From: an uncultured Candidatus Saccharibacteria bacterium
GTDB taxonomy: Bacteria; Patescibacteriota; Minisyncoccia; UBA6257; GWB1-50-10
Reading direction: 5' to 3'
NCBI GenBank assembly: GCA_964357525.1
Contig: CAYHLH010000001.1
Span: forward strand, 11,719 to 75,718
DNA: 64,000 nt
The notes under the pieces are model-generated. The model had not been told where the DNA came from. It was given only the letters and a program-made list of their open reading frames with translations, and searched no databases. Shown one piece after another: positions 31,891 to 39,354 of the stretch (the first letter of the stretch is position 1; every line of letters starts with the position of its first letter). The position numbers and the translations under genes were made by a program.

Positions 31891-31896
31891 TGATAA

Positions 31897-32418
31897 TCAC
31901 TCCCCGTCCTTATAGTACATGCCGATGGTGTAGTGGGTGTAGTCCGGCTTGTGGCTCACGAGCTCCTCGGGTTTGAACCAGACCCCGATTTCCGTCTCGG
32001 CCTCCTCCCGGTTTCCGGAGGCGTGAATAAGGTTGAAAATGCCGAGCCCGCTCTCGTTCGCCGTTTCCATGGACACGTGGGTGTAGTCCCCTCTTATGGT
32101 GCCGGAGAGGGCGCTTTTCGGCTCCGTCACACCCACCATTTTCCGCGCCACCTCTATCATATCCACACCCTCGAGGACCATGGCGATAATCGGGCCGGAC
32201 ATGAGCATCTGAATCATCGCACGCCTCACATCCTCCCCCCTCCGGCGGGCGACGTCCTCGGTGTAATGCCGAGACGCGGTGTCCTCCTTCGAAACGAGGA
32301 GTTTCAGTCCTACGATCCTGGCGCCGACGCGCTCAAAGCGCGTGAGGATCTCCCCGGTGATTCCGCGCTGGAGCGAGTCGGGTTTGAGAAGGATGAGGGT
32401 TCTTTCCGGTTTTCTCAT
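31897..32418 (-). CDS. ndk: Nucleoside diphosphate kinase
   Basis: NDK fold, NLIHASG active-site His region. Confidence 0.8.
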   Translation of the reverse strand: MRKPERTLILLKPDSLQRGITGEILTRFERVGARIVGLKLLVSKEDTASRHYTEDVARRRGEDVRRAMIQMLMSGPIIAMVLEGVDMIEVARKMVGVTEPKSALSGTIRGDYTHVSMETANESGLGIFNLIHASGNREEAETEIGVWFKPEELVSHKPDYTHYTIGMYYKDGE

Positions 32419-32422
32419 ATTC

Positions 32423-33871
32423 CTATTTTCCGCCAGAGGCGGATCCGCCTTTGGAGGACTTTTTTGCGATCGAAATGCCGAGCTCCTTCAATTGACCATC
32501 CGAAACCTCGGAGGGAGAGCCCATCATGAGGTCCCTGCCGTCGCCCGTCTTCGGGAACGCGATGACCTCGCGGATGTTGGGTTCGTTCAGAAGTACCATA
32601 AGCAGGCGGTCCAATCCCGGCGCGAATCCGCCGTGCGGGGGCGCGCCGTAGCGGAACGCCTCCAGCATGTGGCCGAATTTCTCTTTCTGTTCCGCCTCCG
32701 AAATGCCGAGGCACTCGAATACCTTTTTCTGTTCTTCCGCGCTGTGGATGCGGATGCTTCCGGAACTCAACTCGTAGCCGTTCAGGACCAAATCATACGC
32801 GTTCGCCCTGATCCCGTGTATGTCTTTCCCGGCGAGAAATTTTTCCTTGTCGTCCTCGTGCACCGCGCAAAAAGGATGGTGCATTGCCTGAATTCCGTGT
32901 TGTTCTCCGCCAGAGGCGGATCCGCCTTCGGCGGAGAACATCGGGAAATCCAGAACCCACGCGAACGCGAGCTCGTTCGGGTCTTTCTTGTCTTTGCGCA
33001 GATCGGGTTTGTCCGTTTTGTGTTTTTTCATCGCCTCGGCGTATGACATGCGCGGGAAGGGAACGGCGGAAATCCGCTTTTCGGGGAAAAGCTTCTTCAC
33101 GAGTTTGATGAACATCTCCTCGGTGAACCTGAGCACATCCTCGCGGTCAACGAACGACATCTCGTAATCCAGCTGGGTGAACTCCGGCTGGCGGTCGCCG
33201 CGCGTATCCTCGTCCCTGAAGCAGCGCGCGATCTGAAAATAGCGTTCCAGGCCCGCAACCATGCAAAGCTGCTTGAACTGCTGCGGCGACTGCGGGAGCG
33301 CATAGAAAGTTCCGGGATACACGCGCGACGGCACGAGATACTCCCGCGCGCCTTCCGGCGTTCCCTTCATCAGGATGGGCGTCTCTATCTCGACGAAATC
33401 GTGCGCGTGCATGTATTCGCGGAAGAAGGAAATGACGCTGTCGCGCATCCTCATGTTTTTCTGCATTCGCGGGCGCCTGAGGTCCAGGTAGCGATATTTC
33501 ATCCGTACCTCCTCGGAAACGTCCCTTCCGTCGGCGTTTATCTCGAACGGCGGCGTTTCGGCCTCGTTCAGGATTTCCAAGCCCGTCGCGGAGAGCTCAT
33601 ACTCCCCGTTCGGAAGCTCCTTGTTTTCCATTCCCGCGGGGCGCTTTTTCACCGTCCCTATAAGGGAAATCACCCATTCGGGGCGGAGCATGTCCGCCTT
33701 TTTCTGGAGCGCCTCGTCCTTGGAGGGAAAAACGGCCTGAGCGATGCCGGTGCGGTCGCGGAGGTCTATGAAGATGAGTTTCCCGTGGTCGCGCCGGACG
33801 GCGACCCACCCCTGAAGTGTGATTTCCTTCCCTTCGTGGCTCCCGATGTCCTTTGCGAGTACGCGGTCCAT
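32423..33871 (-). CDS. aspS: Aspartyl-tRNA synthetase
   Basis: Class II motifs (FRDEDTRGDRQPEFTQLDYE, GGFAPGLDRLLMVL); start trimmed to MDRVLAKDIG; carries two in-frame palindromic GGSASGG inserts. Confidence 0.85.
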   Translation of the reverse strand: MDRVLAKDIGSHEGKEITLQGWVAVRRDHGKLIFIDLRDRTGIAQAVFPSKDEALQKKADMLRPEWVISLIGTVKKRPAGMENKELPNGEYELSATGLEILNEAETPPFEINADGRDVSEEVRMKYRYLDLRRPRMQKNMRMRDSVISFFREYMHAHDFVEIETPILMKGTPEGAREYLVPSRVYPGTFYALPQSPQQFKQLCMVAGLERYFQIARCFRDEDTRGDRQPEFTQLDYEMSFVDREDVLRFTEEMFIKLVKKLFPEKRISAVPFPRMSYAEAMKKHKTDKPDLRKDKKDPNELAFAWVLDFPMFSAEGGSASGGEQHGIQAMHHPFCAVHEDDKEKFLAGKDIHGIRANAYDLVLNGYELSSGSIRIHSAEEQKKVFECLGISEAEQKEKFGHMLEAFRYGAPPHGGFAPGLDRLLMVLLNEPNIREVIAFPKTGDGRDLMMGSPSEVSDGQLKELGISIAKKSSKGGSASGGK

Positions 33872-33974
33872 AAACACGATTATTGTATAGAAAAAGCGGC
33901 ATGCGGGCAAATACAAAATAAAAGAGACCTCATGAATAATGAGGTCTCTCAAAACCTGAAACTCGGCAGATGTG

Positions 33975-35012
33975 TCAACGCAAGTCGTCCAACAGCCAGT
34001 CGAGCAGATCCATATGGGCGTTCTGGAGATTCAAGGCGACATCCCCTTCGATTCCCTCTCTCGCCAAAATTTCAGACCCTATATCGAGGAGTAGAGAACC
34101 CATCACCCTTTCCAAGAGCAACGCATTGAAATTCTTGAAAATCCATCCTTTCTCGAAAGATTCGAGATTCCTATCGTATGCTTCAAGCCAATCCATGCTC
34201 GGCTTGTAGAGGTCGAAAAAAACCTCGGAATCCCTCATCCGGAGCAGACATGACCATATATTGAAAAGCAAATCATACCCCTTGGGCCGCCACGACCAGA
34301 AAGCATTTGACATGATGACATACGTTCCGTTGGGCCTCCTCAGTATGTCGTTCGTACTGAGGTGTCCGTGCATGAATTCCATGGGAATTCCGGAAAAGCG
34401 TTTTTTGACCCTTTCCCCGAAGGCCTCGAAACGGTCTCCGAATTCCGGTAAGGGAATCACGCGCTTCTGTTTTTCCGATATGTCTTTCCACTTTCTCGCC
34501 CTTTCAAGGACGAATCGTACGGAATCCTTATCATTCTCGGGAATTGTGAGCCAAGGTTTTCTCACCAGCTTGGTTTTGTATTCCTCATAGAAACCGCAGA
34601 ATTCCCGCATCTCGACTTCCAAAGCATACGGCATTTCGAAAATGCGATTTCCCTTCACCCATTCTTGCAGCATGAAGCCGTATCCCCTGTGGGCATTCCA
34701 TTCCTTGAACACATGCGTTTTGGGAGGAGCGATGCGCTCGCTCAAACTCTGCTCCTTCAATTTGGATATCATCAGGCCCTCTTCGATGTCCGGCTTCAGG
34801 AATTGGATTTTGAGGACCATCGGTTCCGCGCTGACGGAACCTTTCATGATGAAAGTGCTTACCTTCTTATTGTCATAAATGAGACCCCTGAAGACCTCTT
34901 CCTCACTATTGAAACCCGTTTCGTCCCATATCGTCTCGAGTGCGCGGTTGATCTGCTCCTGGGTGGTGCCTTTAAAGCTCGCGTATTTCTCGCTTATTTT
35001 GTTTCCCGTCAT
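33975..35012 (-). CDS. Phosphotransferase enzyme family protein (APH/choline-kinase-like fold)
   Basis: HGHLSTNDIL catalytic-loop-like motif, D..W...D region; lower GC than surroundings. Confidence 0.5.
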   Translation of the reverse strand: MTGNKISEKYASFKGTTQEQINRALETIWDETGFNSEEEVFRGLIYDNKKVSTFIMKGSVSAEPMVLKIQFLKPDIEEGLMISKLKEQSLSERIAPPKTHVFKEWNAHRGYGFMLQEWVKGNRIFEMPYALEVEMREFCGFYEEYKTKLVRKPWLTIPENDKDSVRFVLERARKWKDISEKQKRVIPLPEFGDRFEAFGERVKKRFSGIPMEFMHGHLSTNDILRRPNGTYVIMSNAFWSWRPKGYDLLFNIWSCLLRMRDSEVFFDLYKPSMDWLEAYDRNLESFEKGWIFKNFNALLLERVMGSLLLDIGSEILAREGIEGDVALNLQNAHMDLLDWLLDDLR

Positions 35013-35128
35013 GGAATTTCCTTTCTATTGTTAATTCAATTGTATAAAACTGCTTGAGTTATAGAACGGGAAAACAGTCGCGTCAAGAAAGTGCGTGTTT
35101 ACACTGAGCGAGCGTCAGCGAGTCGAAG

Positions 35129-35246
35129 TGTGCGCAGGGTGAGAGAATCTCACTCGCTTCGCTCTTTGAAAACCTCACGGTTTTCAAGACTTTCCTTCAC
35201 GGGAGCGTTGCGCCGTTCCCGACCCCATACGCGTTCGACTCTCACC
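35129..35246. repeat. Degenerate partial copies of the tRNA-Tyr 3' end
   Basis: GTGCGCAGGGTGAGAGAATCTCACTC (35129-35155) vs GGTGCGCAGAGTGAGAGTCGAACTCAC of the tRNA; plus-strand GTTCGACTCTCACC T-arm copy at 35230-35246. Confidence 0.5.
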
Positions 35247-35286
35247 AAAAACCAAAGTAGTTCTCCATTTAGAGAACTACTTTGGT

Positions 35287-35374
35287 TTGGTGCGCAGAGT
35301 GAGAGTCGAACTCACGGGATCCAAAGGACAAGGGATTTACAGTCCCCTCCCGCCCCCTACGGGACTACCTGCGC
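35287..35374 (-). tRNA. tRNA-Tyr (anticodon GTA), long variable arm, encoded CCA
   Basis: Reverse complement GCGCAGG...GGGACTGTAAATCCC...GTGAGTTCGACTCTCACTCTGCGCACCA; hairpin terminator CCAAAGTAGTTCTC...GAGAACTACTTTGG follows. Confidence 0.75.
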
Positions 35375-35659
35375 GAACCGGTTTTTATAATACTCCAGCA
35401 AATCCTTCAAAGACAAGAGGAGTTTTTTGTCTATGTAGCGGATATGCACCAGCCCGTGTTCCATCTTTCGTCCGTCTTTTCGGAAATCCTTCCGTACATA
35501 CGGCTTAATGAACTGCTTTGTGGAAATATGCGTCAACCTGCTCCAAAATGCGGCAAGTTCCCCGACATTCTGGTCGGCGTAGCAATACAAAAGCACCCGG
35601 AATTTTCTCTCATTAAGCTCGTACACGGAGCGCAAAAAATTAAGGAATACCGCGACCAT
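35357..35659 (-). CDS. Hypothetical ORF (100 aa), possibly a remnant
   Basis: 3' end runs into tRNA-Tyr; out of frame with the HTH ORF just upstream; may be a decayed gene. Confidence 0.25.
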   Translation of the reverse strand: MVAVFLNFLRSVYELNERKFRVLLYCYADQNVGELAAFWSRLTHISTKQFIKPYVRKDFRKDGRKMEHGLVHIRYIDKKLLLSLKDLLEYYKNRFAQVVP

Positions 35660-35712
35660 TTCCGGATCGCTGTTCGTAAAATCAACTATGTCCGCCTATA
35701 CAAACCGTGTTT

Positions 35713-35838
35713 TCACATGAAATACGTTACCGCATCCAAAGAAACACCGAGCGTCTCCGCAATCTCCCGCATGCTCAACTTTTTTCCGTAATAGAGCTCT
35801 TTTACTATCTTCAGTTTTTTATCCGAAATGGCTACCAT
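35713..35838 (-). CDS. Small HTH protein (41 aa; sigma-70 region 4/Xis/TerS-like helix-turn-helix)
   Basis: MVAISDKKLKIVKELYYGKKLSMREIAETLGVSLDAVTYFM; not in the supplied ORF track (below its size cutoff). Confidence 0.3.
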   Translation of the reverse strand: MVAISDKKLKIVKELYYGKKLSMREIAETLGVSLDAVTYFM

Positions 35839-35892
35839 ATTAAAATTATAAAACCCGCCCCCAGTGCAGGTCAAATGAAATGGTACACAGAA

Positions 35893-36303
35893 CTATCGCT
35901 TTATTTTAAAGCGAAACTTTCTTTCTTCCCCGCTTTTTCGACAGTTCGGTGATTTCCCCTCTTCGGTGATGGCGATCCTATCCTCCTCGCTTTCCCCTTC
36001 CGGCGGGGACACCACGAACGATGTCTTTTCCTTGGTGCGGTCGTCCGTCACTTTCGCGATCTTTTCGGTGACGACGTTGTCCGCGCGGAGGATGAATACC
36101 TTGAGGCGGCGGAGGAATTTCTCGAACCACACCTTCAGCACCTCGTCCGCATGCTCGAGCATGAGCGTGAGCTCGTGCGTCCTGATGCGCGAACGGCTTT
36201 CCAGGAACACCTCGTTCGAAACCCTGGGGAGCGCGCGAAGGGCCAACACGATGACCCCCGCAAGCCCCGCGAACACCGCTATTTCGAAGATGAACGACCA
36301 CAT
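35893..36303 (-). CDS. Hypothetical membrane protein (N-terminal TM, charged coiled-coil C-terminus)
   Basis: 136 aa; start abuts leader module copy F. Confidence 0.5.
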   Translation of the reverse strand: MWSFIFEIAVFAGLAGVIVLALRALPRVSNEVFLESRSRIRTHELTLMLEHADEVLKVWFEKFLRRLKVFILRADNVVTEKIAKVTDDRTKEKTSFVVSPPEGESEEDRIAITEEGKSPNCRKSGEERKFRFKIKR

Positions 36304-36500
36304 GCGAATGATGTCTAAATTTTCGAGTGCCGCCGTAGCGATGAAAATTTAGCCACAACATTCAGCACCCGCCTAAGTTTTTGAATTTCTATTACGGACT
36401 TTCCCATGTCTATATTATACATCTTCAAAAATTTGGGCGGGTAAGATTCGGTACTCAAAAATCCCTCGCCTTTGGCTCAGATTTTTGAACCGAGCCCTTA
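36304..36500 (-). promoter_or_regulatory. Conserved upstream leader module, copy F
   Basis: P1 arms CAGCACCCGCCTAAGTTTTTG / CAAAAATTTGGGCGGGTAAG; H0 CTCAAAAATCCCTCGCCTTTGGCTCAGATTTTTGA then ACCGAGCCC; possible GTG-initiated uORF (M)AKFSSLRRHSKI* at 36315-36356. Confidence 0.6.
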
Positions 36501-36941
36501 CAGTTCGTATCTCGCGAAGCGGGCAACGGCGATGTTCTCCCCCACCTTACCAACGACGGAATTCATGAGGTCCTTCACCGTCATTGTCTCGTCGCGGACG
36601 AAGGGCTGCCCCAAGAGCGCTTCGACGGACTCCGGGTCCATCGCCGCGATATGGAGCGCGATGTCGTGCGCGAGCGCCTTGAACGCGTCCGCCTTCGCGA
36701 CGAAGTCCGTCTCGCAGCGGAGTTCCAGAAGCACTCCGACGCGCCCGTTGTGCACGTAGGTCTCCAGGAACCCCGCGCCGGTCGCGCGGCCCTTTTTCGC
36801 CTCCGCCTTCAGAGCCCCCTCTTTCGCGATGATTTCCTTCGCCTTCTCGTAGTCGCCTCCCGCGGCCTCTAGCGCGCGCTTGCACTGCATCACGCCGGCG
36901 CCGGTCTCCTCGCGAAGTTTGATGACGATGTCCTTTGCCAT
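36498..36941 (-). CDS. tsf: Elongation factor Ts (short form, 147 aa)
   Basis: N-terminal UBA-like KLREETGAGVMQCKRAL and TDFVAK motif; downstream of rpsB. Confidence 0.85.
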   Translation of the reverse strand: MAKDIVIKLREETGAGVMQCKRALEAAGGDYEKAKEIIAKEGALKAEAKKGRATGAGFLETYVHNGRVGVLLELRCETDFVAKADAFKALAHDIALHIAAMDPESVEALLGQPFVRDETMTVKDLMNSVVGKVGENIAVARFARYEL

Positions 36942-36944
36942 GGA

Positions 36945-37616
36945 TTATTTCAACGCTTCCCTAATGCGGTTCAAGACCCACGCGACGCTCTTCACGCCGT
37001 GGTCGTTCGCAAAAATGGGGTAATCGATGAGGGTCGGATCGTCATTCGTGTCGAGTATACCTACCGTCGCGACCTTCGCTTTGCGCGCCTCGCGGATGGC
37101 GGTCTCGGAGGAGGACGCATCCACGAAGAAAAGCACGTCGGGAACTTTCGTGAGCGATCTCAAGCCCTCGAAGTGCTCGCGCATCTTCGCGATCTGCTCC
37201 GTGAACTTCCGCTGTTCGTTCTTCGTGTATTTCTCAAATCCCCCCTTTGCCTGCTTTTCTTTCAGTTCCTCGTAGTACGCAATCCGCTTCTGAATGACGG
37301 AAAAATTCGTTATGGTGCCGCCGAGCCAGCGCGTCACCACATAAGGAGCCTTGAGCTCCTCGGCAAATTCCTGGATGAGGCGCTTCGCCGCGGGACGCGT
37401 TCCCGTGAAGAGGAAGAGCGCCCCTGCCGCCTTCTTTTCCTTCATGAGTTCCGCCGCCTTCGAAAGCGAGGCGTCCACGCTATCCGGATTCAGGAGTTCG
37501 AGCTCGTTCTTGGTCCCGCCGATGTGGGGCTTCATTTTTGGATGCGTCTTGCTCCTCTTGTGCCCGAAGAGCACGCCTTCCTGCACCATCTCTTTTACGA
37601 TGTTTTCGTCTAACAT
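36945..37616 (-). CDS. rpsB: 30S ribosomal protein S2
   Basis: VLFGHKRSKTHPKM...; rpsB-tsf arrangement. Confidence 0.9.
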   Translation of the reverse strand: MLDENIVKEMVQEGVLFGHKRSKTHPKMKPHIGGTKNELELLNPDSVDASLSKAAELMKEKKAAGALFLFTGTRPAAKRLIQEFAEELKAPYVVTRWLGGTITNFSVIQKRIAYYEELKEKQAKGGFEKYTKNEQRKFTEQIAKMREHFEGLRSLTKVPDVLFFVDASSSETAIREARKAKVATVGILDTNDDPTLIDYPIFANDHGVKSVAWVLNRIREALK

Positions 37617-37618
37617 GC

Positions 37619-37760
37619 CCGGTAGTAACTCACGCGCTCCATCCCGACCGCGGTCGGGATAGGGTGCGACTGTTCTTGAAAATAATGGAATTGTAACTCA
37701 TGACCTTATCTTTACTCTTTACCTGGAATCGTCACCATACTGCGCGTGACTACTACCGGG
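37619..37760. repeat. ~142-nt element bounded by 19-20 bp inverted repeats CCCGGTAGTAACTCACGCGC / GCGCGTGACTACTACCGGG, in the rpsB 5' region
   Basis: The inverted repeats share the CCCGGTAGTAG core with the 40-nt palindrome at 31290; internal hairpin TCCCGACCGCGGTCGGGA. Confidence 0.6.
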
Positions 37761-37819
37761 CATGTGAATAAAAACAACCTCTGTATGCTACCGAAAACGC
37801 TGCGGAAAGTCAAAGATTT

Positions 37820-37905
37820 TCCTCAGCTTCTTGGCTTATTAGCTGATTACTTTTTAGAAATTAATTTTTTCAGTTTCCTAATAAGCTACGGCCTAAGAAG
37901 CTAAA
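37820..37905 (-). terminator. Long imperfect hairpin 3' of mraY (AGCTTCTTGGCTTATTAGC...GCTAATAAGCTACGGCCTAAGAAGCT)
   Basis: Inverted repeat flanking an A/T-rich loop. Confidence 0.35.
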
Positions 37906-37908
37906 AAG

Positions 37909-38958
37909 CTAAATAAACCTCGCCATGAAGAAAAGTATGAGGCCGAGTATGGTCATCACGCCGGAGATTATCCAGAAACGCATGGTCACCTGCGTTTCGG
38001 GCCAGCCGAGCCCCTCGAAGTGGTGGTGGATGGGCGTGGAAAGGAAGAGCTTACGCCCGAGGAGCTTCTTGTGGAGAACCTGGATGATGACGGAGCCCGA
38101 CTCGATGAGGAGGATGAATCCGAAGAATGGGAGGAAAAGGGCCGTGTTCGTGAACATCGCCATGACCCCGAGGGTGATGCCGAGCCCCATCGAACCCGTG
38201 TCCCCCATGAAGAACTTCGCGGGATGCACGTTGTACCAGAGGAACGCCAAAAGCGCCCCCAATATCGCCGCGTTCATCGCCGCGAGGTCGAACCGGTTCA
38301 TGATGAAGGACACGATGGCCATGGCACAGAACGAGAAGAAGAGCACTCCGCCTGAAAGTCCGTCCAGGCCGTCCGTCTCGTTCGCGGAGAACGCCGTCGC
38401 GACCACCACGAACACGAAGAAAAGCATGTACCACGCGCCGAGGTCCACGAGCCCGAGGAACGGAACGTAGATCTCGCTCCAGCCGAGCCGTATGTGGAAC
38501 CACCACGCGCCTATGAGCGACACCAGTGTGTAGAGCGCGAGCTTGTGCTTGATGGTGATGCCGCCGCCCTTGCCGGACCCCTTCCCGATGATGCCCCAGA
38601 AATCGTCGATGAATCCGACAATGGCGCCGAAAGCCAATGCCGCGAGCGGCACATAGGTCTCGGGGCGGGAAACGAAGTTCAGGTATCCGAGAAATCCGTC
38701 GAAGGCGAGGTCTCCAAGGAAAAGTATGACGGCGAGCCCCAACACCGTACCCCATATGATGACGCCGCCCATCGTCGGCGTGTCGAATTTGTGCTTGTGA
38801 TGCTCGTAAAAAACGGGCGCGGTCGCCGCGTCGCGGATGTTCCTCTTCTTCAGCCCGTACTTGAGGAGCGCGCGGTACACGAAGGGCGTGATGCCCAAGG
38901 CCACGATGAACGCGATGGCGAAAACTATGAGCGCGCGTATGCTTTCGAAAACTTCCAT
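37909..38958 (-). CDS. mraY: Phospho-N-acetylmuramoyl-pentapeptide-transferase
   Basis: 10-TM MraY with MGDTGSMGLG motif. Confidence 0.9.
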   Translation of the reverse strand: MEVFESIRALIVFAIAFIVALGITPFVYRALLKYGLKKRNIRDAATAPVFYEHHKHKFDTPTMGGVIIWGTVLGLAVILFLGDLAFDGFLGYLNFVSRPETYVPLAALAFGAIVGFIDDFWGIIGKGSGKGGGITIKHKLALYTLVSLIGAWWFHIRLGWSEIYVPFLGLVDLGAWYMLFFVFVVVATAFSANETDGLDGLSGGVLFFSFCAMAIVSFIMNRFDLAAMNAAILGALLAFLWYNVHPAKFFMGDTGSMGLGITLGVMAMFTNTALFLPFFGFILLIESGSVIIQVLHKKLLGRKLFLSTPIHHHFEGLGWPETQVTMRFWIISGVMTILGLILFFMARFI

Positions 38959-38963
38959 GCCGA

Positions 38964-39008
38964 TTATATATAAATTTTCGAGTCTGCCAACGATGAAAAT
39001 TTATTCAT
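38964..39008 (-). CDS. candidate leader peptide MNKFSSLADSKIYI (uORF) upstream of mraY
   Basis: ATG AAT AAA TTT TCA TCG TTG GCA GAC TCG AAA ATT TAT ATA TAA; stop 5 nt before the mraY ATG. Confidence 0.35.
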   Translation of the reverse strand: MNKFSSLADSKIYI

Positions 39009-39039
39009 AAAATCGAGCACCCGCCTAAATTTTTGAATC

Positions 39040-39297
39040 TTATTTTTCATTGATAGTGTGAGAGAGAATCTTCTTCATATAATTTCTTCCCCATCCGGTC
39101 TTGAAATATTGTTCACGTTGCATGGCATCCTTTTGATTTCTATACAACTCACAATAAATCAGTTCCCATGGCCTCTTGTTTTTCGTTGAATGTACCCTAC
39201 CTTTTTGATGCTCCTCAACCCGCCTCTTTATATCTTGAGAATAGCCGACATATACACTTTTGTCTCTTTTACTCCTCAAAATGTAGATGCCATACAT
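39040..39297 (-). CDS. GIY-YIG nuclease family protein (UPF0213-like, 85 aa)
   Basis: MYGIYILRS...VYVGYSQDIKRRVEEH...KRPWEL; ORF 39040..39333 trimmed to the second Met because the first 12 codons are simply the P1 arm sequence. Confidence 0.75.
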   Translation of the reverse strand: MYGIYILRSKRDKSVYVGYSQDIKRRVEEHQKGRVHSTKNKRPWELIYCELYRNQKDAMQREQYFKTGWGRNYMKKILSHTINEK

Positions 39298-39354
39298 ATT
39301 CAAAAATTTTGGCGGGTAAGGTTTTCTTACCACGCCACGGCGTGGAGAAAGCCC

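Larger units (their letters stand above)
38959..39345 (-). promoter_or_regulatory. Conserved upstream leader module, copy G, with a GIY-YIG gene filling the P1 loop
   Basis: Proximal segment GATTATATATAAATTTTCGAGTCTGCCAACGATGAAAATTTATTCATAAAATCGAGCACCCGCCTAAATTTTTG; distal arm CAAAAATTTTGGCGGGTAAGG at 39301-39321; uORF MNKFSSLADSKIYI* at 38964-39008. Confidence 0.65.

Noticed and set aside
39298-39333. The first 12 codons (MVRKPYPPKFLN) of the GIY-YIG ORF in module copy G
   Set aside because: These codons are simply the translation of the distal P1 arm sequence. GIY-YIG proteins begin at the conserved M-Y-G-I-Y-I-L block, so the start was moved to 39297.
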